DNA of 38,826 bases, from positions 1 through 38,826 of the forward strand of contig CAYNGS010000001.1 of assembly GCA_964396625.1 (NCBI GenBank), given 5' to 3'. Positions 1-9,104 of the stretch are shown here, piece by piece (position 1 is the stretch's first letter; every line of letters starts with the position of its first letter). This stretch comes from an uncultured Flavipsychrobacter sp. (lineage in GTDB: Bacteria; Bacteroidota; Bacteroidia; Chitinophagales; Chitinophagaceae). The notes under the pieces were generated by a model. The model was given only the letters and a program-made list of their open reading frames with translations. It searched no databases and was not told the DNA's origin. A program made the position numbers and the translations under genes.

Positions 1-462
1 TGCTAGCGGGTCAGCTGGTTTCGGTTTCACAAAACCTCTGATATGCAGTACCATTGGCTGCTGCTGGGCTGTCGAAGTAATTGTCACATCCTTTTGGATT
101 GCTCCCTGCCTCCCATTAGTGTTGTAAGACACATGTATTTTCCCTTCTTTTCCGGGCAAAATTGGCTCAGTTGGCCATTTCGGCACAGTGCAGCCGCACG
201 ACCCGTGCGCCTCTGTAATAGTGATCGGCTTCTTGCCCACATTCACAAATTCGAAGTCGTACTCGGCCAGAGGACCTTCCGGCACTTCACCATAGTCGTG
301 CGTTTCTTCTTTGAACTTAAACTTGCCCACATCAGGGGCTTGTGACGGACTTGTCTCTGTAGATGAAGGGATACCCTGAGACGTGATCGTCTTTTTTTCC
401 TGGCCATTGGCGGCCACCGTCGTCATAGTTACACACAGTAACATAATGATTGCTTTCTTCAT
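1..462 (-). CDS. DUF1573 domain-containing secreted protein (3' end runs off the window)
   Basis: Not in the ORF track; translated by hand from the ATG at 462: MKKAIIMLLCVTMTTVAANG|QEKK...HDYGEVPEG...FEFVNVGKKPITITEAHGSCGCTVPKWPTEPILPGKKGKIHVSYNT...LHIRGFV. The signal peptide and the F.F.N.G..P..I......SCGCT.P motif are typical of DUF1573. Confidence 0.88.
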   Translation of the reverse strand, partial: MKKAIIMLLCVTMTTVAANGQEKKTITSQGIPSSTETSPSQAPDVGKFKFKEETHDYGEVPEGPLAEYDFEFVNVGKKPITITEAHGSCGCTVPKWPTEPILPGKEGKIHVSYNTNGRQGAIQKDVTITSTAQQQPMVLHIRGFVKPKPADPLA

Positions 463-502
463 GATCGTTGTTTTATTTATTGTTATGAATAGACTATTGT
501 GT

Positions 503-1492
503 TTATTGCAGGCGCAGGTCACCAAACTTATTGTCCAGTGTTATTCCGTCCTCATTGTCGCGGTTCGCGCAGTCCGAATGGAATATTCCCGCAGTGATGT
601 CTCCCGTTTTCTGCCCGGTTATGTAGTTGAATACGTCCTGTGCCGTGGCAGGCTTTGAATTAGCGGTCAAGACGATCGTTTCACCGGTCGATATCCTCTT
701 TATGGTTATCTCCTGTATCGTCAGTTTACAGTTTTTATCCAGTTTGCTGGCGGCTCTGTACCGTAGTTGGCCCGATTCGTCGGGTGCAATGGTGCTGCAT
801 GTAGAAATGATCGCCGGTTTACCGTTCTGACATTTCACCGACTGTACGATACATATTTCTATCGGGCAAGGTGTGCTGTTACAAACAAACTCTTTCGCTT
901 TGTCGTTTTCACTTCGCTCTTTGTTGTCGTTCTTGTACGCTTTCTTCTTTGCACTAAAACCAACCTCTTTATGTTGCACCACATGTGTCAGTTCGGCAGT
1001 ATTTTTTCTCGAGCCTGCGCTGCCTGTATCGGGTTTCATAACGCTGTTGGCATTATCCTCCGTCGCTATCTTCGCGGGCTTTGTCTCAAGTGGCAGTTTA
1101 ACCGGCGCTTCATTTGGCTGGCTTTTGTTTTCCGCCATTCCCCGCTGGTTTTGCCTGGAAACCAAAAATAAACCGCCCCCTATTCCCGCAAGCAACAGCA
1201 ACGTCGCAGCTATGCGCAACCAATATGACGGTTTATTGACCACAAACTTCCTCTCATGCGGCAAGCATCTTTCTATCCGCTGCCCAAATTTTTTCCATGC
1301 CTCGTCAGCATCTATTGTCGTATGTTCATTCAGGTTTTTGCTTTGGCTCCAGATTAGCTTCAGATCGTTGAAGTGGTTTTTGTTATCAACACTTTCACTC
1401 ATCCACTCAGACACAGTTCTCCGCTCGGTTTCGGTTGCTTCATTCAGCAGATACTTCACAAGGAGGTCGTCACTAATTTTGTTCTTTTTCAT
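503..1492 (-). CDS. Putative anti-sigma factor: FecR-type N-terminus, one TM helix, non-FecR Cys-rich C-terminal domain
   Basis: The N-terminus DDLLVKYLLNEATETERRTVSEW...N..HF..LK.IW resembles Bacteroidota FecR-family anti-sigma N-termini. TM segment WLRIAATLLLLAGIGGGLFLV. The gene starts 4 nt after the ECF sigma stop. Confidence 0.75.
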   Translation of the reverse strand: MKKNKISDDLLVKYLLNEATETERRTVSEWMSESVDNKNHFNDLKLIWSQSKNLNEHTTIDADEAWKKFGQRIERCLPHERKFVVNKPSYWLRIAATLLLLAGIGGGLFLVSRQNQRGMAENKSQPNEAPVKLPLETKPAKIATEDNANSVMKPDTGSAGSRKNTAELTHVVQHKEVGFSAKKKAYKNDNKERSENDKAKEFVCNSTPCPIEICIVQSVKCQNGKPAIISTCSTIAPDESGQLRYRAASKLDKNCKLTIQEITIKRISTGETIVLTANSKPATAQDVFNYITGQKTGDITAGIFHSDCANRDNEDGITLDNKFGDLRLQ

Positions 1493-1496
1493 CTCT

Positions 1497-2114
1497 TCAC
1501 TTTTTCATGTTAATAATTACTGCGGCTACAATGGGCAGAAACTCAGATAATTTCGATCGTAATAGTCGTAACGCCTTGCCCATTTGATTTTCCACTGTTT
1601 TAACCGAAATGCCCAATTGCGCCGCGATGCTCTTGTATTTCAAATCCTCGAAACGGCTGAGCTGAAAAATGGTCCTGCACTGTTCGGGCAGTTCATTCAT
1701 TGCTATCTCAATTTTTCGCTGCAACTCCTTAATAGCCGCAGGGTCGCCGGTAGTAGCCTCATCAGTATTGCCACGCAAAGTAGCTGCACGATGGGTAGCT
1801 CTTACTTTTGCGTGCCTCAGGCAATTGAGGCTTTCATTGTACACAGCCCGGTACAGATACGACGTCAGCGAATGTTGAATTTGTATTTGTTCTCTTTTCT
1901 CCCAAAGTTTGTAGAATATCTGTTGCACCACTTCCTCGGCAGCCGCGTCATCCCTTAGTATCGAAAAGGCATAGGTGTGAAGGTTTTTAAAATGAGTTTT
2001 AAAAACAGTTTCAAACAGCGCCGTACCGTCGACATTGACTGAGCTCATGCCGACCGTTTCATTATCCATAGGTAAGGTCGAATATGGTATTTTAAAGATA
2101 ACGGCTTCAGACAA
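1497..2114 (-). CDS. RNA polymerase sigma-70 factor, ECF subfamily (true start may be ATG 2069 or 2048)
   Basis: Region 2 motifs AEEVVQQIFYKLW and SYLYRAVYN; region 4 motif LPEQCRTIFQLSRFEDLKYKSIAAQLGISVKTVENQMGKAL. Confidence 0.95.
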   Translation of the reverse strand: MSEAVIFKIPYSTLPMDNETVGMSSVNVDGTALFETVFKTHFKNLHTYAFSILRDDAAAEEVVQQIFYKLWEKREQIQIQHSLTSYLYRAVYNESLNCLRHAKVRATHRAATLRGNTDEATTGDPAAIKELQRKIEIAMNELPEQCRTIFQLSRFEDLKYKSIAAQLGISVKTVENQMGKALRLLRSKLSEFLPIVAAVIINMKK

Positions 2115-2222
2115 TTTGCTTGCTTTCTAAGAAGACAGCCACAACAAACTAAACCCCTATTTATTATTTAAAATAATATATGATCTATCGGTGATAAAAG
2201 TCCGGAACCGGTGTTTCGCGAG

Positions 2223-3356
2223 TTAAAAGCCGAACCCAATTCCGAATTCGCCCAATTCAGCTATCGTCTTATGGGTCTTTAAAAAGGCAGACAGGAAGAA
2301 CTCTTTTATAGGGCCGTGTTCCTTTTGAACGATGTAGTAATGTCCTCCTATCTTTTCATAATAGGGGTCCTGCTTCAATGCCGACTGCACTAAATACACA
2401 CCAACTTGCAATACCACACCCACTCTGCCCATCAAAAACTCGTTGCCAAAAAATATAGCGCTTTTATAAGAATGCTGTCCTTCCGATCCGGGGTATATTT
2501 CATTGTTGCGCAGAAACGCATAAATATCCTCATGATAAGAATAGTCTATGCCAACAAAGGCCTTGTTTTTGCTTAGCCAGCGTCTGCTCACAAACCCCGA
2601 AGCGATATAAACAGGGTATAAAGGCCCATCTGGTGCCTCGCTCGAAACATATGCCATGCTGAGTCTTACCTGTGCGAGCCACCTGTTTTTCAAAGGGTTC
2701 AGTTCACGGACGATATGCTTTGGAGTTGAAGTAACAGGAGAATAACGTACACCCAGATGTGCGCCAAACATATTTACCCCCAGGTTCGGTTTATCAAAAG
2801 AAGCGTCCGAAATGTGTGTGAAATGCCCGCCCAGCTGAACGTCCCAGTGCGTATTAATATGATAGCGAACATCCGTGCTGAACATGGCGAAATCATTTAT
2901 GTGGCTGCCAATGGCGCCGTTGATGGTATCCACAGGGGCTGTCCTGCTGTAATGCCTGCTCACATAGCCCACGCCATCGCCTATTTTCAATGTCCATTCA
3001 AGGCGCCTGGTTTGTATGATCGGCAGAATGATATTGGGATACATGCTGATACACCTGCCATACACCGAATCGATCCCGTAATTAGTATACGTAAACCCGA
3101 TCCCTAAGGTGGGGTATTTCCGGCGTTGCTCCCACGGCCTTTTGCCATAAGTACGCAGTATCAGGTCTATATCGAGCCCGGTCGACAATTTTGGAATGGG
3201 TAACCGAAACTTATCTTCGTGTTTAAAAACCCTCCCACCCATTGCATTCATTTCAATACCAAACCCCGACCATGGTTGCACAGCTTGCACATTATCCTGT
3301 GCTTTGCAAATATGGCAAAGAAATAAACCAGTCACTGCTAGAAAGAAACGCCGCAT
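2223..3356 (-). CDS. Acyloxyacyl hydrolase / lipid A 3-O-deacylase (PagL-like) outer-membrane beta-barrel
   Basis: Signal peptide ...CKA|Q; PagL-like motif HISDA...PNLGVN; amphipathic beta strands; C-terminal Phe (GIGFGF). Confidence 0.75.
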   Translation of the reverse strand: MRRFFLAVTGLFLCHICKAQDNVQAVQPWSGFGIEMNAMGGRVFKHEDKFRLPIPKLSTGLDIDLILRTYGKRPWEQRRKYPTLGIGFTYTNYGIDSVYGRCISMYPNIILPIIQTRRLEWTLKIGDGVGYVSRHYSRTAPVDTINGAIGSHINDFAMFSTDVRYHINTHWDVQLGGHFTHISDASFDKPNLGVNMFGAHLGVRYSPVTSTPKHIVRELNPLKNRWLAQVRLSMAYVSSEAPDGPLYPVYIASGFVSRRWLSKNKAFVGIDYSYHEDIYAFLRNNEIYPGSEGQHSYKSAIFFGNEFLMGRVGVVLQVGVYLVQSALKQDPYYEKIGGHYYIVQKEHGPIKEFFLSAFLKTHKTIAELGEFGIGFGF

Positions 3357-3371
3357 ATAATTTCAGACGAA

Positions 3372-3379
3372 CAAATATA
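3372..3379 (-). promoter_or_regulatory. Bacteroidota primary-sigma -7 element (TATATTTG) for the PagL-like gene
   Basis: Exact TAnnTTTG match on the minus strand, 15 nt upstream of the ATG at 3356. Confidence 0.55.
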
Positions 3380-3418
3380 GCCTACAAATCGAAGGATTGG
3401 TTCATCCGTTTATTCATT

Positions 3419-5155
3419 TTATTTATCAAGCCTCGTGATCTCCGTTCTCCCAACAACACCCTTAAAGTCAAAAGGTGAGTTTATAAACAACCTCAATTGC
3501 GAAGGGTGCCGGTTCTCCGGGACACGCATATAAAACGAGTACTTGTTGAATTGATTATTTACACTGATGGGACTGAACAGTCGCACCCGGGCTCTTTTTA
3601 CCGGCTCTCCGGTTAGTTCGGCATTTAAATAGGTTTGCCAAAGACAATCCGGTGCCTTTATTTCGCAGTCTACCCTTAACCACTCATTTTCCGGTCCATG
3701 CCCTGCACTGCTGTCGCCGATAGCCGCTTGCGTTATTGCCACAGAAGAATTGCCCGCAAAAGACAACGATTTCTCACTGTCATCCTGAAAAATAATTTTT
3801 TTATGGTATCCATGCTCGTTACCCAGCATTTCGTCGTTATCCAGCATACTCATATCAAGTGGTGTTGGGTTCGGATTAAGGTATATCCGCCTATAGTATA
3901 GTCTGTTCATATCGTCATAGTGTAGTATTGTCCTGCAATACTGTGTGATCTGGAATAGATTGACAAGCAGGAGGTAAGTACATAAAGCGTAAAATATCAT
4001 CCGCCATCTTTTGCGACTGATGTACTCGGTAAGGGCAGCGAAAGGCAAGGCAAACACCGGGTAACTCTGCACAAGAGCGCGGGTGGAGTAGCTGCCGCCA
4101 TATCTCCAGTCGTCCCAGGCAATGATGATATAAATGTTCAACAGGCAGAACCAGATCACTGATTTCCTGAATGGGAATTTTTTAATAAAAAACATACCGA
4201 TAATGAAACCCAGGGTTATAGGGGTATAGATAAACCAACCCTTTTCCCACCCGAATAATACCCGGAAATGCGGATTTAAGAATTCCCATTTGCTGCCGAC
4301 ATCGTAAATAAAGCCTCCGGTCATTAGCTTCCAATAAATTAGTTGCGGTAACACACCGACAAAACCAAACAACACCGCCCACATAATGTGAGGTTTATGC
4401 TTTTTTACAAGGCGCCATTTTTCCTTGTCCGCTTCTTTAGAATGTGTGTTCCATAGCAGAGGTATGAACAGCATGATGGCTTCAGTAGGGCGGCTCATCG
4501 TTGCAAGCCCGATTATATAACCGGTCAATGCGGCCCACGCAATATCCGGACGACTATGCCATCGAAACGTCGTGTATAGTACTAAAACATACAACAGGAA
4601 AATATATCCATGGCTTTGCCCGTTATCTATCGCGGCATATTGTATGAAATTCGTCCCCAGGCACACCAGCAATATCGTGATGGAAACCGTACGGTCACTA
4701 AAATAGTTTAGCAATATTTTTCGCAACAAAAGAATGGCCAAAAAACAATAAAGCAATACACCAAAACCAAGACAATACTGATAAGGAGGAGAAAATCCGT
4801 CGGCAGGAAAATTGGAATGGATCGCGATCCAATGCCCCACGAAAAAAAAAGGAAGCTCCATTATGGCTACCCCGCCAAGATATTTGAAAACGTAATTTCC
4901 ATTGTCACATTTCTCAGCCTGTATCCCATTACCCCCCGAAACAGAATATTTTTTGTCCACTGCTTCGATCCACTTCAGATGGGCGCAGTCATGATAAATA
5001 AATATTGACGGCAGATACATGTAATAGCCAAATGCATCCCATTCGGTTATTTTTAAAGGGGCCTTCCCTTTTTGAATATCTGAATTTGACACGCGGAATA
5101 AAAGCAAAACAATGCATACTATTCCACAGGCTGCCAATGAAAAGAGGTTTTTCAT
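3419..5155 (-). CDS. Integral-membrane glycosyltransferase, GT-C/PMT-like
   Basis: Many TM helices; first external loop motif WDAFGYYMYLP; GLATMSRPTE; GWFIYTP; W.YGGSYSTR; soluble C-terminal domain. Confidence 0.65.
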   Translation of the reverse strand: MKNLFSLAACGIVCIVLLLFRVSNSDIQKGKAPLKITEWDAFGYYMYLPSIFIYHDCAHLKWIEAVDKKYSVSGGNGIQAEKCDNGNYVFKYLGGVAIMELPFFFVGHWIAIHSNFPADGFSPPYQYCLGFGVLLYCFLAILLLRKILLNYFSDRTVSITILLVCLGTNFIQYAAIDNGQSHGYIFLLYVLVLYTTFRWHSRPDIAWAALTGYIIGLATMSRPTEAIMLFIPLLWNTHSKEADKEKWRLVKKHKPHIMWAVLFGFVGVLPQLIYWKLMTGGFIYDVGSKWEFLNPHFRVLFGWEKGWFIYTPITLGFIIGMFFIKKFPFRKSVIWFCLLNIYIIIAWDDWRYGGSYSTRALVQSYPVFALPFAALTEYISRKRWRMIFYALCTYLLLVNLFQITQYCRTILHYDDMNRLYYRRIYLNPNPTPLDMSMLDNDEMLGNEHGYHKKIIFQDDSEKSLSFAGNSSVAITQAAIGDSSAGHGPENEWLRVDCEIKAPDCLWQTYLNAELTGEPVKRARVRLFSPISVNNQFNKYSFYMRVPENRHPSQLRLFINSPFDFKGVVGRTEITRLDK

Positions 5156-5159
5156 CGAT

Positions 5160-5167
5160 CAAATATA
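5160..5167 (-). promoter_or_regulatory. -7 element (TATATTTG) 4 nt upstream of the GT-C start codon
   Basis: Exact TAnnTTTG match; minus strand reads TATATTTG-ATCG-ATG. Confidence 0.55.
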
Positions 5168-5221
5168 GCAAAGGGGTAACTCATTGTTCGTCCGTTTTGT
5201 CATGATAGCAGTCTGCAGATA

Positions 5222-6400
5222 ATGCGTCCCGATTTTAAGAAATTGCATACTTTTAGTTTTTATGCCATGGCTGAGTTTACACCTGACCACTCCGACCGCC
5301 ATTTTAAATACCTTGATTCCGCACGCGGCATTGCCGCGTTAATGGTCTTTGCAAGTCATTTTATTATTCGCAACTTCGGAGATAACAGAACCACACGCGC
5401 CTGGCTTATCCTGTTTAATGGGAACGACGCTGTGTCATTCTTTTTTGTACTTAGCGGTTTCGTTCTCTCCTACAAATATATCGTGCTCAGCAAACCGCTC
5501 GATATTAAGAAATTCTACGTTAGCCGAATTTTTCGATTGTTCCCCGCCTACTTCCTCGTCATTGTTTGGAGTATTTTATTTGCTGGCAGGCATTTTTTGA
5601 ATATTTATGCGATAAAGGACTTCTTTATTTACAACAAATACGGCTTTTGGGAGGAAGCCCTGTTGTTGCGATTCCACAATACATTCTATTATCCCGGTTG
5701 GACACTGTCGGTCGAAATGCTTGGCTCCTTCCTGATACCCTTCTATGTCGCATTAGCCATCTACAACAAAAAACTGGTTCCCTACCTCATTGTGGTTTTG
5801 CTGATCATAGGAAACAATTTCTTCTTCAGCTACATATTCTTATTCGGCATAGTAGCCAGTTGCAATTTTTCCGAAATTACCGGCAAATCCTTCCGTGAGA
5901 CTAAGTTGTTCAGGTATCGCTATCCGCTGATCATCGCCTCGTTGATACTGTTTTCATTAAGGCAGTTCGACGCTATCTTCCCCTTCGGCCAGCGGTACAA
6001 ATATATCGCAGGCTACCTCGGTGTCGATTTCTTCACTTACAGTGCCCCGGCTTGTTTTGTGTTTCTTGTCATTATGCTCTGCAATAAAAAGCTACAGCAT
6101 TTTCTGGAAAATCGTGTATTGGTTTATCTCGGCAAAATATCTTACAGTATCTACCTGGTCCATGTGGTGGTCATTGACACTATATACTTGTTCGTGGAGC
6201 GTTATCTCGCCGGCCCCCATTACTCCATTATTTTCTTCATGGTCACTGTTTGCTGCATACTGGCAATAATAGCAGTGGCGTCGCTCTTGCACTACCTGGT
6301 CGAATTGCCCTTTATACGATTAGGCAAACGTATTGTAAACACCATGAAACCTTCATTGGTCATCAAACGCGAAAATAATACCGCTCCGGCCCCGGATTAA
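5222..6400 (+). CDS. Acyltransferase family 3 (OafA/YrhL-like) membrane O-acyltransferase (likely start ATG 5267)
   Basis: Motifs LDSARGIAALMVFASH, AVSFFFVLSGFVL, FYVSRIFRLFP, WTLSVE, LGKISYSIYLVH, VELPF. Confidence 0.92.
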   Translation: MRPDFKKLHTFSFYAMAEFTPDHSDRHFKYLDSARGIAALMVFASHFIIRNFGDNRTTRAWLILFNGNDAVSFFFVLSGFVLSYKYIVLSKPLDIKKFYVSRIFRLFPAYFLVIVWSILFAGRHFLNIYAIKDFFIYNKYGFWEEALLLRFHNTFYYPGWTLSVEMLGSFLIPFYVALAIYNKKLVPYLIVVLLIIGNNFFFSYIFLFGIVASCNFSEITGKSFRETKLFRYRYPLIIASLILFSLRQFDAIFPFGQRYKYIAGYLGVDFFTYSAPACFVFLVIMLCNKKLQHFLENRVLVYLGKISYSIYLVHVVVIDTIYLFVERYLAGPHYSIIFFMVTVCCILAIIAVASLLHYLVELPFIRLGKRIVNTMKPSLVIKRENNTAPAPD

Positions 6401-6433
6401 ACCCCTTGTTTCTGTTTACTGTCCGCGCTTACT

Positions 6434-6441
6434 TACCTTTG
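6434..6441 (+). promoter_or_regulatory. -7 element (TACCTTTG) 4 nt upstream of the UbiD-family start codon
   Basis: Exact TAnnTTTG match; reads TACCTTTG-CCAA-ATG. Confidence 0.6.
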
Positions 6442-6445
6442 CCAA

Positions 6446-8368
6446 ATGGCATTCAGATCTCTTCAGGCATTTGTAGACAAATTAGAATCCGCGGGCGAAT
6501 TGGTTAGAATTAAAACTTTCGTAGACCCGGTTCTTGAGATCGCAGAAATAACAGATAGGGTTTCGAAAACACCGGCACGCAACAAAGCCTTGCTGTTCGA
6601 AAACACCGGCACGGATTTCCCCTTGCTGATAAACGGCATGGGCAGTGAACAGCGCATGTGCATAGCGCTCGGAGTAAGCGCACTTGACGATGTAACCCGC
6701 GACATCGAAGATCTTTTCAAAACGCTGTCAGCCCCCAAAAACGGCATACTCGAAAAACTCGCCATGCTGCCCCAATTGGGAAAATTCGCTTCCTGGATGC
6801 CGAAAGTCGTCTCTGGCCGTGGTGCATGCCAGGAGGTCGTTATGGCAAAACCTGATCTCTCAAAACTGCCGGTGCTTAAATGCTGGCCACAGGACGGAGG
6901 CCCATTCATTACGCTCCCGGCAATCCACACAAAAGATCCCAATACAGGCATTCGCAATATTGGCATGTATCGCATGCAGGTCTTCGAGCCGGATATGACC
7001 GCCATGCACTGGCATAAACATAAAGTATCGGCCCGTCACTTCAATGAGTATAAGAAACTCGGTAAACGTATGCCCGTAGCTGTCGCCCTGGGCGGAGACC
7101 CGGTTTATACTTATGCAGCAACCGCACCCTTACCCGAAAATGTCGACGAATATATGCTGGCTGGTTTCCTCCGGAAAAAGAAAGTGGAACTGGTGCGTTG
7201 TATCACACAGCCCGAAATAGAAGTACCTGCCGATGCCGACTTTGTCATCGAAGGTTACGTCGACCCGGATGAGGATCTCATTTGGGAGGGTCCCTTCGGC
7301 GATCATACCGGCTATTATTCCCTCCCCGATTTCTATCCCCGGTTTCACGTTACCTGCATCACACATCGTAAAGACCCAATTTACCCCGCTACTATCGTCG
7401 GTATACCTCCGCAGGAAGACGCCTGGCTTGGCAAGGCCACCGAGCGCATTTTCCTTACACCAATCAAAATGACCATGGTCCCGGAGATCACCGACATGAA
7501 CATGCCTGTAGAAGGGGTATTCCATAACCTCGTCATCACAACAATAAATAAAGAGTATGCAGGACAGGGGCAGAAAGTGATGAACGCTATGTGGGGTGCA
7601 GGCCAAATGATGTTCAACAAAATTCTTGTCCTTACCGACGGGGTCACCACCAGCGGCATTAAGATAGACGACTATCTGAGGTTGGCGCAATACATATTCA
7701 ATAACGTCAATCCCGTAACGGATATCTATTTCAGCCAGGGGCCCATGGATGTCCTCGACCATAGCTGCTCAAAACTCGGGTTTGGTGGCAAAATGTGCAT
7801 TGACGGAACCAAAAAACAACCTGAAGAAATAACAGACCCGCTGCTGCCGTTTAAATTCACCGAGGGTTTCTCTTTCGAGAATATCAGATCACTCTTTCCC
7901 GAGATTTCGGGTATTAACCATAAACTCGCTGCCGATTGGGGCATTCCCATTTTATTTGTAGCCGTCAAAAAAGACAGACCAAACCACGTAAGGGATGTCC
8001 ATACCAAACTGTCCACGCAGCCTGGCATAGAAAATATAAAGATTACCTTATACGTAGAGCACACCGTGAATGTTGACGATATTGCAGATGTGCTTTGGCG
8101 CTTCTGCAACAATTTAGACCCGAAAAGAGACCATTTCTATGGTGGAATTCAAAATAATATCCTCGGCCTTGACGGCACACGTAAATCAAAAAAATTAGAT
8201 AACTTTGATCGGCCTTGGCCCAATATCATTGTCGCAGACGATAAAACAATAACTGCGGTCGACGAAAAATGGGGGGAATTAGGATTGGGAGAAAAAATTA
8301 TTTCTCCATCTTTGCGCTACAAGACCCAACTATATGGGGTAGGTGCATCTGTCTTAGATAGTGAATAA
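6446..8368 (+). CDS. ubiD: UbiD-family prFMN-dependent decarboxylase (menaquinone biosynthesis decarboxylase type)
   Basis: Motifs RNIGMYRMQV, EGPFGDHTGYY, PATIVGIPPQED and GPMDVLDHS...GGKMCIDGT. It is 640 aa with a duplicated C-terminal module. Confidence 0.92.
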   Translation: MAFRSLQAFVDKLESAGELVRIKTFVDPVLEIAEITDRVSKTPARNKALLFENTGTDFPLLINGMGSEQRMCIALGVSALDDVTRDIEDLFKTLSAPKNGILEKLAMLPQLGKFASWMPKVVSGRGACQEVVMAKPDLSKLPVLKCWPQDGGPFITLPAIHTKDPNTGIRNIGMYRMQVFEPDMTAMHWHKHKVSARHFNEYKKLGKRMPVAVALGGDPVYTYAATAPLPENVDEYMLAGFLRKKKVELVRCITQPEIEVPADADFVIEGYVDPDEDLIWEGPFGDHTGYYSLPDFYPRFHVTCITHRKDPIYPATIVGIPPQEDAWLGKATERIFLTPIKMTMVPEITDMNMPVEGVFHNLVITTINKEYAGQGQKVMNAMWGAGQMMFNKILVLTDGVTTSGIKIDDYLRLAQYIFNNVNPVTDIYFSQGPMDVLDHSCSKLGFGGKMCIDGTKKQPEEITDPLLPFKFTEGFSFENIRSLFPEISGINHKLAADWGIPILFVAVKKDRPNHVRDVHTKLSTQPGIENIKITLYVEHTVNVDDIADVLWRFCNNLDPKRDHFYGGIQNNILGLDGTRKSKKLDNFDRPWPNIIVADDKTITAVDEKWGELGLGEKIISPSLRYKTQLYGVGASVLDSE

Positions 8369-8411
8369 CCATTTTAATAATATTTTTTTGTAATTTTAAA
8401 AAAACCAAAAA

Positions 8412-8819
8412 ATGAAACGTATCCTTTTTGTCTGCTGCCTGCTCACTGCCGCTTGCACTTTTACTTGTCACACCCAGTCCTATGCACAGGCAGCCCCGGC
8501 TATGCCAACGGTGTCAAAACCCGACCTTATCGCAAAAACAGCCCAGCTCAAGACGCTGCTCGATGCAGGCGATGCTGTTGGCGGAAAAGCAAAGTGGGAT
8601 GAAATTCACAAAATTTTAATGTCGGCTTTGAGCCTCACCAAGTACAACATCAAAAGTGCCGTTGAAGCGCACAACGATGTCGCCAAGGCGCATTACACAG
8701 ATGTTATGATAAATCAAAGGAACATCTATGCATCGCTCATACAAATGAGAGATAACCTTGTTGCAAATAAGGACGCCGTAAACGCTAAACTGACTGAGTT
8801 TACCGCCACTATCGACTAA
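8412..8819 (+). CDS. Hypothetical secreted protein, probably all-alpha
   Basis: A-rich start context; signal peptide ending SYA|Q; amphipathic helical composition; followed by a terminator hairpin. Confidence 0.75.
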   Translation: MKRILFVCCLLTAACTFTCHTQSYAQAAPAMPTVSKPDLIAKTAQLKTLLDAGDAVGGKAKWDEIHKILMSALSLTKYNIKSAVEAHNDVAKAHYTDVMINQRNIYASLIQMRDNLVANKDAVNAKLTEFTATID

Positions 8820-8841
8820 TTATTCTAATTCATTTTACTGC

Positions 8842-8875
8842 CAAAGTCCCGGAGTCCCCGGGACTTTGCTTATTT
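8842..8875 (+). terminator. Rho-independent terminator
   Basis: Perfect 11-bp stem CAAAGTCCCGG (8842-8852) / CCGGGACTTTG (8858-8868), followed by CTTATTT. Confidence 0.75.
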
Positions 8876-9104
8876 AACTGAGAGACTCCAAGTCCAAACT
8901 GCGACGATGCATGTGCATGACCTACCGGAGTGCCTGCCTCATTCTAATGCAAACAGCACATTAACTTTACATTACCATACGATTTTTATACCTCATTTAT
9001 TCAATACAGGCAAGGGTTTCAGGTCGGCAGTTAAATACGCTTTTCATCAGCAACACCTGCAACTTTCCACTTTAAATTGTACATTTATAGCTCAATCATA
9101 GTTT

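Noticed and set aside
43-1958. Plus-strand ORFs such as 43-345, 383-658, 767-1171, 873-1550 and 1584-1958
   Set aside because: They are antisense to well-supported minus-strand genes and have no recognisable motifs.
4842-4850. A9 tract in the GT-C gene (and T9 at 33097-33105) as phase-variation sites
   Set aside because: Both frames are intact, both tracts encode Phe runs, and such runs are expected at this base composition.
5171-5201. Second AGGGG...GTC ECF-like promoter upstream of the acyltransferase
   Set aside because: The spacing between the boxes does not match the candidate at 2125-2160.
8907-9101. 64-aa His-rich ORF upstream of the nucleotidyltransferase
   Set aside because: No family resemblance and a weak start context; likely a chance ORF in the promoter region.
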